Both the position numbers and the translations under genes were made by a program. DNA of 64,000 nucleotides from the NCBI GenBank assembly GCA_963708295.1, contig CAVPSJ010000005.1, positions 64,001 to 128,000 of the forward strand, in the 5' to 3' direction. Below, in pieces: positions 28,961-38,240 of the stretch. The notes beneath the pieces were generated by a model. The model did not search any database and was not told where the DNA came from. It was given only the letters and a program-made list of their open reading frames with translations. The stretch is from an uncultured delta proteobacterium. Lineage in GTDB: Bacteria > Desulfobacterota > BSN033 > UBA1163. Position 1 is the first letter of the stretch; the number at the start of each line of letters is the position of its first letter.

Positions 28961-29345
28961 TCGGGATCCTGCCCTCGGTACCCAGACCGATGGGAACGCC
29001 TTTTTTCAGACACCGGGCCAATTTTCACCCGCGATCGGGTGGATCCCTGAAGAGGCTTGATCGCCCCAACCGCTTTAAAGTTTCGCTGCATGGGTTGAAC
29101 GGGGGAGAGTTCGTTTCAACATCATTCCGGGCGTTGATCCAGGTTATCCTCAACGTGGACCTTACAAAGCCTCGGAGGGGACTTACCCTGGTCGCGGGCC
29201 ATCAAAAACCGGGGGTGGGCAAGGATTGAAAGGGGATTGCCGGGCTTGTTCTGGATTGAGGGGATCCTGCCTTGCCAGGATGAAAGGCGGAGAGACTCTA
29301 TTTCAAAAATTAGGATTTTACCTTTGGCGTTGATTTAAACAAAAA

Positions 29346-30662
29346 TCATCTTTCAAACTTCCTGATCAGGATGGCGCTATTAACTCCGCCGAAACCCGCT
29401 GAGATCGAAAGGCCGAGTCTGACCTCCTTTTTTCTCGCCTGGTTGGGAACATAGTCCAGGTCGCATTCCGGGTCTGGAAATTCATAGTTGAGGGTGGGAT
29501 GGATGATTCCTTTCTCGATAGCAAGGAGGACGGAGATGGCCTCAACCCCTCCTGCCGCTCCCATCATATGGCCAGTGATGGATTTGGTTGAACTGATTGG
29601 AATGTGGTAAGCGTGTTTTCCAAAGACAGCCTTGATCATTTTCGTCTCCACCTTATCATTCAGTACGGTGGAGGTGCCATGAGGATTGATGTAATCAATC
29701 TCTTCCGGATGGATGCCGGCCATTTCTAGAGTATCTTTGACTGCCTTACCCAATGCTTTTCCATCGGGATCGGGGTCAGTAAGATGGTAGGCATCGGCTG
29801 TCATCCCCCATCCAATCACCTCCCCGTAGATGTAAGCCCCTCTTTTTTTAGCGTGATCTAATTCCTCAAAGATCAACACTCCAGCCCCCTCCCCCATCAC
29901 AAACCCATCCCTCTGACGGTCAAAAGGCCGGGAGGCTTTGCTTGGGTCGTCATTTCGCGTTGACATCGCCCTTAACACATCAAACCCTCCGAACACGTAA
30001 GGGGTCATACAGGCATCTGCTCCTCCTGTAACCATGACATCTTCTCCGCCACCCTGAATCTGAAGGAAACTATTGATCATGGCGTGGGTGCCGGAGGCAC
30101 AAGCCGTAGAAACAGCATAGGAAGTGCCCCGGAGAGTGAAAAATTCATTGACATGGGAGGTAATGGAACTCAGGTAAATATTGGGGAGGCCAAAAGGAGA
30201 GAGGCTTCTTGGCCCCCTTGATAAAAAGCGTTCATGAAAGTGTTCCAGCAAATCCATCGACTCTACACCAACTCCTAAAATGACACCAATTTGAAAAGGG
30301 TCCAAGTTCTTTAATTCATATTCTCCGGTCGGCTGATGACGATCTGGGTTTCCTTCTTTCTTCTCTTCCATTTCAATCCCCGCATCCATCAGGGCAAGCC
30401 TCGCTGCAGTAATGGCAAACTGTGAGGTTCTACCAAGTCGCTTGGAATGTTTTGTGGGATTGATATATTTCGAAAGCTCAAATCCATCGATGGGAGATCC
30501 AATCTGACTCCGGTAGGGACTCATGTCTCTTTCAGGAAATGAGATCCGACGAAAAGAAGACTTCCCCTTGGTCAAACTCTCCCAGTAAGCCTCTTTTCCA
30601 ATTCCAACGGGAGTGACCGGCCCCACTCCGGTAATCACCACACGTTTCTTATAATTCTTCAC
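29346..30662 (-). CDS. fabF: 3-oxoacyl-ACP synthase II
   Basis: Motifs RVVITGVG, STACASG, SRPFD..RDGFVMGEG, INPHGTST, STKSITGH and GFGG.N. GTG start after GGAGGT. Confidence 0.93.
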   Translation of the reverse strand: MKNYKKRVVITGVGPVTPVGIGKEAYWESLTKGKSSFRRISFPERDMSPYRSQIGSPIDGFELSKYINPTKHSKRLGRTSQFAITAARLALMDAGIEMEEKKEGNPDRHQPTGEYELKNLDPFQIGVILGVGVESMDLLEHFHERFLSRGPRSLSPFGLPNIYLSSITSHVNEFFTLRGTSYAVSTACASGTHAMINSFLQIQGGGEDVMVTGGADACMTPYVFGGFDVLRAMSTRNDDPSKASRPFDRQRDGFVMGEGAGVLIFEELDHAKKRGAYIYGEVIGWGMTADAYHLTDPDPDGKALGKAVKDTLEMAGIHPEEIDYINPHGTSTVLNDKVETKMIKAVFGKHAYHIPISSTKSITGHMMGAAGGVEAISVLLAIEKGIIHPTLNYEFPDPECDLDYVPNQARKKEVRLGLSISAGFGGVNSAILIRKFER

Positions 30663-30911
30663 GCTCACCTCCCTACAGGTCGTTTCGTAATTCTTATCGA
30701 TTGTTCTGCCGTTTGTCAAGGCAGAAACTATTTTGCGAACCGTTTCCATTTTTCCTTGCCCGCAATAGCGCTAAATCGCCTCCGAGGCTGAAAAAAGTGC
30801 GCTGAACCTGTGCCAATATTTTTTTCAACAACAGGGTTGACATGTTCCCGGATTAGAAATATAAATTTCTTTGGAGTCGAATCAACCTTCTTAAGCTGTC
30901 GAGGGACAAAA

Positions 30912-31793
30912 ATGAAGGGCTTTTATCATCGAACCTGGATCTTCTTTTGTTTATGTCTTCTCTTTCTTCTTTCTGCTTGCTTTGCAAACAAGAAGCTGAC
31001 CGTAGGCACGACCGCGACATTATTGGAAGAAGTGGCGAGGGCTTCTTCTCAACAATCGGACCTGAGGGTCCTTCGGGAAGGGATGCCTGCCTATCTGATG
31101 TTGATCGATGGGATGATCCAGGCATGGCCGGACAATGACCGGTTACTCATCGCGGGGGCCCAGAGCTATTCCTCTTTTGCTTCCCTCTTTGTGGAGGACC
31201 AAGACAAGGAATATGCCAACTTGCTCTATATGAAAGGAAGACAGTACGCGTTGAGGTCTCTCGAACGGAGAGGGTTTAAGGATCCTCTCCAGACGCCTTT
31301 TGAGGATTTTAGCAGGGGATTGAAGCGCCTCGGGAAAAAGGATGTGCCCATCCTTTTTTGGACGGCAACCTGCTGGGCGAACTGGATCCGTCTTAACCTG
31401 GATTCGATGGAAGCCATCTCCGAACTTCCGAGAGTGGAAGGGATGATGAGGAGGGTCCTGGAACTCGACGAGGGATTCCATTACGGGGGTGCCCATCTCT
31501 TCATGGGAATATGGTATGCCTCCAGACCCAAAATAGCCGGTGGAGATCTCAAGAAAGCTCAAGAACATTTTCTGAAAGCCCTGGATCTTGGGCAAAGAAG
31601 ATTCTTGATGGCGTATGTTTACTACGCGAACTTTTATGCTCGAAAAAGTGAGGATCGGGGGCTCTTCGTCGCCACCCTCCAAAAAGTTTTGGACACTCCG
31701 GCTGACACGCTTCCAGACCTCGTCCTCGTCAACACCATCGCCAAGAAACAGGCAAAGGAATTGCTGAGCCATGTGGAAGAATATTTTGAATAG
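30912..31793 (+). CDS. TRAP transporter TatT-like component (helical lipoprotein)
   Basis: Lipobox LSA-C; REGMPAYL; ELDEGF..GGAHLFMG; GGDLKKAQEHF; located directly upstream of dctPQM. Confidence 0.82.
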   Translation: MKGFYHRTWIFFCLCLLFLLSACFANKKLTVGTTATLLEEVARASSQQSDLRVLREGMPAYLMLIDGMIQAWPDNDRLLIAGAQSYSSFASLFVEDQDKEYANLLYMKGRQYALRSLERRGFKDPLQTPFEDFSRGLKRLGKKDVPILFWTATCWANWIRLNLDSMEAISELPRVEGMMRRVLELDEGFHYGGAHLFMGIWYASRPKIAGGDLKKAQEHFLKALDLGQRRFLMAYVYYANFYARKSEDRGLFVATLQKVLDTPADTLPDLVLVNTIAKKQAKELLSHVEEYFE

Positions 31794-31803
31794 GAGAAAA
31801 AAT

Positions 31804-32826
31804 ATGCGCAGAGGATTTGTCATCAGAATTTTCGGACTCAGCTTAGGGATCTTCCTCTTTTTCGTCCAATCCGTTGCAGGGGCAGAAAAGGGTTCCCTGA
31901 TCAAACTGGGCACTCTGGCTCCCGAGGGAAGCGCCTGGATGAAGACCTTCAACGCCATCAACACGGAGGTTATGAAAAAGACGGAGAATAGAGTCCAGTT
32001 CAGGTTTTATCCCGGCGGGATATTAGGCGATGAGATGGATATGCTCCGAAAATTGAAGATTGGTCAAATTCAAGGCGTCGCTCTCACTTCTGCCGGACTC
32101 TCCACACTCTTTAAGGAGATGGACGCCCTCCAGGTCCCCTTCCTTTTTCAAAACTATGAAGAAGTCGATGCGGTTTTGAAGAAAATGGATTCTTTTTTCC
32201 GAAAGGGGCTTGATGACAACGGATATGTGCTCCTCGGGTGGTCCGAAGCGGGGTTTGTCTACCTGATGTCTACGGTCCCCGTGGCAGGTCTGGCCGACCT
32301 TAAAAAGGCAAAGGTCTGGATCTGGGAAGATTCGCCCATGTCCAAAGCCATTTTTGATGAGGCTGGGGTAAAGGCCATTCCCCTCACGGTCCCCGATGTC
32401 CTGGTTGGGCTCCAGACCGGACTGGTGGAGGTGGTCTATGCCCCTCCGACAGCCGCCATCTCCCTCCAGTGGTTCACGAAGGTCAAATATATCACTGATG
32501 TCCCGTTGATTTATTTGGCAGCGGGTGTCATCGTCAAAAAAGATATATTTAGACAAATCCCCCAAACCTCCCAGAATTTCATTTTGGAAAGTTTTCAACA
32601 ACAGCTAGATCAATTGAAGGTCGTCATTCGAAACGAAAATCGGGATGCCCTGAAGGTGATGGTTAAAAACGGGGTCAAGATCGTCACCTCGTCCAAGGAT
32701 CAAATCGATGAATATAAGAGGCTGTCGAATAAAGCAATGGGCCATGTCAGTGGACAGACCTTCTCTAAAAAAGTCTTGGAGGAAGTCACTTCTCTTTTGG
32801 AAAGTTATCGAAGGGGAGGAAAATAG
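31804..32826 (+). CDS. dctP: TRAP transporter substrate-binding protein DctP
   Basis: Motifs IKLGTLAPEGSAW, YPGG.LGDE and LQTGLVE. Confidence 0.9.
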   Translation: MRRGFVIRIFGLSLGIFLFFVQSVAGAEKGSLIKLGTLAPEGSAWMKTFNAINTEVMKKTENRVQFRFYPGGILGDEMDMLRKLKIGQIQGVALTSAGLSTLFKEMDALQVPFLFQNYEEVDAVLKKMDSFFRKGLDDNGYVLLGWSEAGFVYLMSTVPVAGLADLKKAKVWIWEDSPMSKAIFDEAGVKAIPLTVPDVLVGLQTGLVEVVYAPPTAAISLQWFTKVKYITDVPLIYLAAGVIVKKDIFRQIPQTSQNFILESFQQQLDQLKVVIRNENRDALKVMVKNGVKIVTSSKDQIDEYKRLSNKAMGHVSGQTFSKKVLEEVTSLLESYRRGGK

Positions 32827-33420
32827 TGAACCCCGTTAGAAATTCTAGCCGCCGCGACTCGGAGCCCGCCCCCTCTACGGAGCGGGGCATCATTTCTAAC
32901 GGGGTAAACCGATGGGAGCGGGTCGATGAGGCTCATTGCCAGGGTGGAACAGACCCTCCTCGTCACCTTCTTGAGCTTCATGATCCTCACCGCCTTCTTG
33001 CAGATCGTCCTCCGGAATTTTTTCAGCACAGGCATGGATTGGGCGGACTCCCTCATCAGGAACCTGGTCCTTTGGACCGGTTTCATTGGGGCTACCCTTG
33101 CTACAAAAGAAGGGAAACACATCAACATCGATATCGTTTCGAGATGGTTACCCTCTCTGGGTAAGAATATCGTCACGCTCATCATTCATCTTTTTTCCTT
33201 TGGGATAGGCTGCCTTTTGACCTATGCCGCATTGAAATTTATTAAGAACGAAGTCCAGATGGAAAGGATGACTTTTCTGAGTATTCCTGCCTGGATCCCG
33301 GAGATGATCCTTCCGATGACATTCGGGTTGATGACCTTTCGATTTGGCCTCCGTTCTTTTAAGAATCTTTATGAGATGGGAGGCATGAATCCGATTCATG
33401 AAAGAGAGAAAGAGATATGA
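32826..33420 (+). CDS. dctQ: TRAP transporter small permease DctQ, with an N-terminal palindromic insertion and a +1 frameshift near 32934
   Basis: GTG overlaps the dctP stop. Frame 1 reads ...NRWERVDEA, then frame 2 reads IARVEQTLL...LQIVLRNFF...HINID. Four TM helices. Confidence 0.8.
32830..32905. repeat. Palindromic element ACCCCGTTAGAAAT...ATTTCTAACGGGGT
   Basis: Perfect 14-bp inverted repeat; same family as 62685-62839. Confidence 0.9.
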
Positions 33421-34676
33421 CCCTCCTGTTGATCCTGATCGCTCTCTTTTTCATGTTTCTCGGTGCACCCTTATTCACTGTTTTCTCCGGCCTGACCCTT
33501 CTTCTTTTATTCTTTGCCCAGATCGACTCCTCAGCCATGATCATAGAAATGTATCGAATTGCCACCACTCCCATCCTGGTCGCCATCCCACTCTTCACCT
33601 TTGCCGGATATCTCCTCTCTGAAAGTAACGCGCCCAGAAGGTTGATCGGGTTGACAGACGCCTTCCTGGGCTGGTTGCCGGGAGGGCTATCCATCATCGC
33701 GCTCATCACCTGTTCCGCCTTCACGGCCCTGACAGGTGCCACCGGTCTCACCATCATTGCCCTGGGAGGCATCCTCCTTCCTGCCCTGCTGCAAGGAAAA
33801 TATCCGGAAAAATTTTCTCTCGGGTTGGTAACCAATTCAGGAACGTTAGGCGTTCTCTTGCCACCGAGCCTGCCCATTATCATTTATGCGATTGTGTCTA
33901 AGGTGCAGATTACTCAACTTTTTCTTGCAGGTCTTTTGCCCGGAATCCTGATGGTCGTCCTGCTCTCCGTTTTCAGTGTACAGAAGGCAATTGCTGCTGA
34001 GGTCCCTAGAACCAAGTTCAATACGTCTCGGATGTTTAAAGCAATAAGAGAAGCGATGTGGGAGCTTCCCCTCCCCCTTGTTGTGCTAGGGGGTATTTAC
34101 AGCGGATACTTTGCGGTGAGCGAGGCGGCTGCGATTACGGCCGTTTATGTTTTCCTCGTCGAAGTGATCATTTACCGGGACATCAAATGGCGGGAACTTC
34201 CCCAGGTCATGCGAAAAAGCATGGTGCTCGTGGGTGGAATCTTGATCATACTGGGTGCAGCCCTGGGTTTCACGAATTACCTGATCGACGCAGAAGTTCC
34301 GATGAAGCTGTTTAATTTAATCAGGGCTTACACCGATAGCCCTTTCATCTTTCTGGTCCTCCTGAACCTTTTTCTCCTGGTGGTGGGCTGTCTGCTGGAC
34401 ATCTTCTCAGCTCTGATCGTTGTCGTACCTCTGATCACTCCGGTCGCCACTGCCTACGGGATCAATCCAATTCACCTTGGCATCATCTTCCTTGCCAACC
34501 TCCAGATCGGGGCCCTGACCCCTCCTGTTGGAATGAGCCTTTTCATCTCAAGCCTCCGCTTTGAGAAACCGATGTCCAAGATTATCATGGCTTCTCTCCC
34601 CTTTATCGTTGTCCTCTTATTTGTATTAGCCATCATTACCTACGTCCCCTGGCTGAGCCTGGCGCTCGTGAAGTAA
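33417..34676 (+). CDS. dctM: TRAP transporter large permease DctM
   Basis: Motifs LVAIPLFTFAG, GTLGVLLPPS, YGINPIHLG and TPPVG; highly hydrophobic. Confidence 0.93.
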   Translation: MTLLLILIALFFMFLGAPLFTVFSGLTLLLLFFAQIDSSAMIIEMYRIATTPILVAIPLFTFAGYLLSESNAPRRLIGLTDAFLGWLPGGLSIIALITCSAFTALTGATGLTIIALGGILLPALLQGKYPEKFSLGLVTNSGTLGVLLPPSLPIIIYAIVSKVQITQLFLAGLLPGILMVVLLSVFSVQKAIAAEVPRTKFNTSRMFKAIREAMWELPLPLVVLGGIYSGYFAVSEAAAITAVYVFLVEVIIYRDIKWRELPQVMRKSMVLVGGILIILGAALGFTNYLIDAEVPMKLFNLIRAYTDSPFIFLVLLNLFLLVVGCLLDIFSALIVVVPLITPVATAYGINPIHLGIIFLANLQIGALTPPVGMSLFISSLRFEKPMSKIIMASLPFIVVLLFVLAIITYVPWLSLALVK

Positions 34677-34679
34677 AAA

Positions 34680-34708
34680 CGCATAGGGCATAGCGCGTAG
34701 CGCAAGGG
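34680..34708 (+). repeat. Left arm of the heptamer inverted repeat bracketing 34.7-38.3 kb
   Basis: CGCATAG GGCATAG CGCGTAG CGCAAGG, starting 4 nt after the dctM stop. Confidence 0.8.
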
Positions 34709-34914
34709 GGATTGACCACCCATGAGGAAAAGTAAGAGCCACCTCTATATAGAACTAATGATCAGGCTATTGGCTTCTTCCTGAAATGTTGATTGTTCAT
34801 TTTAGTTCCATAATACAAGATTTCAAACGGCAATTGGTAATGTGCTAATAACATTCCTTTCTTCCCAAGTTATTTTACCCCAAAAGACTCCCCACAAAAC
34901 TCCCAAAACACTCC

Positions 34915-34966
34915 TTGACAACTTAATAATAATGAAGTATCTTGCATGAGATTGATTTCATGAAAT
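34915..34966 (+). promoter_or_regulatory. Sigma70 promoter with a downstream palindromic operator candidate
   Basis: TTGACA-17 bp-TATCTT, followed by the perfect palindrome ATTTCATGAAAT at 34955-34966. Confidence 0.7.
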
Positions 34967-35017
34967 AAAGTTTACTAGTGCATGCTGCAAACCTCATAAG
35001 GGAGAAAGGAGTTGATT

Positions 35018-35361
35018 GTGAAACATCTATCTAAATTACTTCGTATTTCACTCTTGATTGCTCTATTGGCTTTGCCAATAACCGCTTGTATGGAAGGTTC
35101 GATGTTCTAATTTTGACGGTTGAGACACCTCAGGATAAGGCGACTGTTAGTACGCCTACGGTCACGGTAAGTGGCACAGTCACTAAGACGGCTGAGGTGA
35201 AGATTAATGACGTGGTAGTGCCGTCTAAAGGTAGCAAGTTCTCCACCGATATCAAGTTGACCGAAGGCAGCAATGTCATTAATGTTGTCGCTAAATCGGG
35301 TAAGGACACGGAAACGAAGACACTGACTATTACCTACAATCCAAGTAAGCAGTCTGGCTAA
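35018..35361 (+). CDS. Small lipoprotein with an Ig-like domain, frameshifted near 35098
   Basis: AGGAG then GTG; MKHLSKLLRISLLIALLALPITA-C-MEG; another frame continues DVLILTVETPQD...VTVSG...LTEGSNVINVVA. Confidence 0.7.
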
Positions 35362-35510
35362 GAACAGGAATCAAATTCCGAAACTGGGAGTAATTGACGG
35401 AGGAGAAGACTTAAAATTGCCTACAATAAATTTGTTTACTTAGATTATTAGGCACTACAGGGTCCAGAGATATATAAATATTTCTGGAGGTTAAAAACCT
35501 TGATAGTCGG

Positions 35511-35545
35511 GCCGCTATCTGAACGTGGAGGATAGCGGCTTTTTT
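35511..35545 (+). terminator. Intrinsic terminator
   Basis: GCCGCTATC-loop-GATAGCGGC followed by TTTTTT. Confidence 0.8.
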
Positions 35546-35604
35546 ATGCAATGAACTAGAGCGGTCTTTCAAAACTTCGATTCAGAATTAAGGGAGGAAT
35601 CAAC

Positions 35605-35931
35605 ATGGCAACATGGACATTTCTTACGAATCATGCAATTGTACTTTTCTTTCTGGCAAAACATCCATTAATCACTGGACGAGAGTTGTCAGGATTAATA
35701 GGGATTACGGAAAGGTCAGTAAGAAATATTATTTCTGATCTCGAATCAGAGGGGTATATCCAAAAGTCCAAAGAGGGAAGGCAAGTAAGGTATAAAACCA
35801 ATCCGCATTTACCTCTTCGGCACCACACTCAGAAGGATAAGGCAATAAGAATTCTCCTCGAAGCATTAGACTGCGAACAAATACGAAAAGGAGCCAAGAA
35901 ACGGGAAGCATCGTCGAAGGCAGTTCTATAA
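35605..35931 (+). CDS. Winged-helix transcriptional regulator (WTFLTNH type)
   Basis: WTFLTNHA, GITERSVRNIISDLESEGYI, LPLRH; strong GGAGG RBS. Confidence 0.85.
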   Translation: MATWTFLTNHAIVLFFLAKHPLITGRELSGLIGITERSVRNIISDLESEGYIQKSKEGRQVRYKTNPHLPLRHHTQKDKAIRILLEALDCEQIRKGAKKREASSKAVL

Positions 35932-36160
35932 AAAAAGGGACTCCAACTTTCTGTGTCTCCTGTTTCATCGCCTCCGTCGATGTATTCAGGTCAAGTAACG
36001 ATCTACCCCCTTGTTTCAATATTTCAAACGATAATCTTCATTACTCAGTATGAGCCACCATTGCGGCTTTGTAGGTGCTATACGTAACATAATCTGCTTT
36101 TTCTTGTGATATTAGTTAGTTAAGGGCTGTTTTCCATTATCACTTTTTTCTCTATCCCTG

Positions 36161-37096
36161 TCAAGATAATTCGTTTTCAGCGCCTCCGAGTAACTCCATG
36201 CTCTCCTGTTCGTCGTCATCCTCTTGTTGCGCCTGCGTTCTTTGCAGAACCACCTGCATGGCCTTGTAGTAGTCTCGTTGGACCTTGAGGTTGGCTACGC
36301 GGCAGTAGCGCTGCGTGGTGGTAATCTGGCCATGCCCCAGGAGGTCCTGGATAGTCGCAAGGTCAGCATCGGCATTAAGAAGCTGTGTGGCCATGGTGTG
36401 GCGAAGACGATGACATGAGACGTTGAGTCCACTTTGTCGCCCATAGTATTCGATCCTCTTCTGAATGCCTCGGACCGATATCGGTTTGCCTCTCATCGGT
36501 CCCTTCTGCACCAGAAACAATCCTCTGGCTTTCGAGGATCGTTTCGCCAGATACACCGAAAGAGCGGATTGGGCATCTTCACTCATGTAGACGACCCGAT
36601 CCTTAGCCCCTTTTCCATGGAAGACAAAGATCTGTCTTCTCCCGTACTCTACCGCATCAACCGTCAGCTCAGCCACCTCCTGGACCCGAAGGCCGCAGCG
36701 GAGCATCAACATGAACATGGCCCGGTCTCTCAGATCCGTGATGCCATCAAAGAGGCCCCTGACCTGGTCATCCTTCAGGTGCCGGGGCAGTGGCTTGGGC
36801 AGACGGAGCGAGATCCGGGTGACAGGGTTGATGATCGATCTGCCTTCCTCATTTGTGAGATAGTCGAAGAACAGACGGATCGTTTGCAGGTAGCACGTGA
36901 TCGTCTTGGGTGTTCGTCGCTTTCGGAGGAGATGATCGACATAGGCTCCGATCTCTGTACGAGTCACATCAGGGAGAGGCACGGTAAGCCATCTGATGAA
37001 CTGATCGAGGATGTTGACATAGCTTTTGACCGTGTGGGCTGAGTAGTTTTTTCTCTTCAAGGCTCTCCGGTACCCGATCAGCTCAGTAGGTTCCAT
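36161..37096 (-). CDS. Tyrosine recombinase (XerC/D-like), downstream gene of the pair
   Basis: Core-binding N-domain (YSAHTVKSY) and complete catalytic set: CGLRVQE, GKGAKDR, HRLRH, LLGH, TTQRY. Confidence 0.95.
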   Translation of the reverse strand: MEPTELIGYRRALKRKNYSAHTVKSYVNILDQFIRWLTVPLPDVTRTEIGAYVDHLLRKRRTPKTITCYLQTIRLFFDYLTNEEGRSIINPVTRISLRLPKPLPRHLKDDQVRGLFDGITDLRDRAMFMLMLRCGLRVQEVAELTVDAVEYGRRQIFVFHGKGAKDRVVYMSEDAQSALSVYLAKRSSKARGLFLVQKGPMRGKPISVRGIQKRIEYYGRQSGLNVSCHRLRHTMATQLLNADADLATIQDLLGHGQITTTQRYCRVANLKVQRDYYKAMQVVLQRTQAQQEDDDEQESMELLGGAENELS

Positions 37097-38096
37097 CGAT
37101 CCCTCCTTTCTCGATAATGGCCATGGCCCGGAAGTACTCTTGTTCGCGGGTGGTGTCAGTGAGCCGGGCGTATCGGCGGGTTACCTCGATGTCCTGGTGA
37201 CCCAGTAACTGCTGGAGACATTCCAGGCGCATCCCCGCGTTGAGAAGCTCGGAGGCAAACGTGTGACGCAGACAATGGACCGTGTAGCCCTTCTGATTGA
37301 GGCCTGCTTTGTTGAGATATTTTACGAAAAGGCCTCTGCCGGTACTGTAACAGAGATGCCCATTGCTCTGGCCGTAAAAGACGAATTCCTTGTTCTTGTC
37401 CCTTCGCCTCAGCCAAAGCTTGATGGCAAACAGCGCATCATCACTCAGATACACCACCCTCCCCATGCTGTTCTTCTCTCCCTCGTACAGGTCAACCTTT
37501 CTACCTTTGATGTCCAGATCGTTTAACCTCAGTCCCAAGGCCTCGCCGATTCGTATCCCTGTCCGTAAAAGGAGAAGAAATAGGGCCCGGTCCCGGATGT
37601 CGTCCATCACACCCAGAAGTTTTCTCACATCGGAGGGGTTCATGGCCCGAGGTAGGGTCTCTGGCAGCTTCAGCTTGATGCCCCGCTTAAGAACGGACCC
37701 AGGGATGATATCTTGCTCCATCAGAAAATGCACAAATGCAATGATGCAAGCCACCCTCGTCCGCACCGTGGAGATTCGTAATCCCCGATCCTGCTCCTGC
37801 TCGATGAAGCCTTCCAGGTCCCTCCGTTCGAGTTTCTCGATTTCTCTCTTGCCTAACTTCCCATAAAAGTCCAGGAAGAGCCTGACGGACGTAAAAGAAC
37901 TGGCGAGGGTCTTCGGCTTGTGATTCAGGCGCCGCTTGTGGCGCATGTAGCACTCGAACTGTTCCTTGGCGGGAATCTCCAGGCAAGAGAGCTTCTGGAG
38001 GATGCGGTCGATTGGGGTGAGTGAAAGAAGCTGTTCACATACTACTTCATTTCCACTTTTGACGGACTCATTGGTGATCGGCTGTCCCTGGGTCAT
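37083..38096 (-). CDS. Tyrosine recombinase (XerC/D-like), upstream gene of the pair
   Basis: TGIRIGE, EKN, HCLRH, LLGH, TRRY; RBS AGGAGGAGG; 14-bp overlap with the downstream recombinase. Confidence 0.95.
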   Translation of the reverse strand: MTQGQPITNESVKSGNEVVCEQLLSLTPIDRILQKLSCLEIPAKEQFECYMRHKRRLNHKPKTLASSFTSVRLFLDFYGKLGKREIEKLERRDLEGFIEQEQDRGLRISTVRTRVACIIAFVHFLMEQDIIPGSVLKRGIKLKLPETLPRAMNPSDVRKLLGVMDDIRDRALFLLLLRTGIRIGEALGLRLNDLDIKGRKVDLYEGEKNSMGRVVYLSDDALFAIKLWLRRRDKNKEFVFYGQSNGHLCYSTGRGLFVKYLNKAGLNQKGYTVHCLRHTFASELLNAGMRLECLQQLLGHQDIEVTRRYARLTDTTREQEYFRAMAIIEKGGIDGTY

Positions 38097-38136
38097 TTCT
38101 CCTCCTCCTTTTCTTTTTCAAGAAAAAGCAGAATAG

Positions 38137-38166
38137 ATCATGACCCTTAGCCGTTCTAACGGTCAA
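38137..38166 (-). promoter_or_regulatory. Candidate sigma70 promoter for the recombinase pair
   Basis: TTGACC-18 bp-CATGAT, between the right TIR and the subterminal repeat. Confidence 0.5.
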
Positions 38167-38240
38167 TCCATTTTGTTACGTATAGGTAGGTGAAGTCAAC
38201 GGTTTTTGCCTGATGCTTCTGCCAGCTAATGTTCTTATTC

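Larger units (their letters stand above)
36078..38185 (-). mobile_element. Two-tyrosine-recombinase element with terminal inverted repeats and a 7-bp flanking direct repeat
   Basis: Left TIR CTATACGTAACATAAT (36078-36093) and right TIR ATTTTGTTACGTATAG (38170-38185), 15/16 match. GTAGGTG lies at 36071-36077 and 38186-38192. A 14-bp subterminal inverted repeat lies at 36093-36106 and 38119-38132. Confidence 0.88.

Noticed and set aside
30801-30815. Sigma54-like site upstream of fabF (TGGCAC-AGGTT-CAGC)
   Set aside because: The -12 element lacks the TT of TTGC; too weak to call.
36161-38096. Calling the recombinases chromosomal xerC/xerD, an integron integrase or a prophage integrase
   Set aside because: They lie in tandem inside their own inverted repeats. 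No IntI-specific insertion, attC sites, phage genes or tRNA att site is evident.
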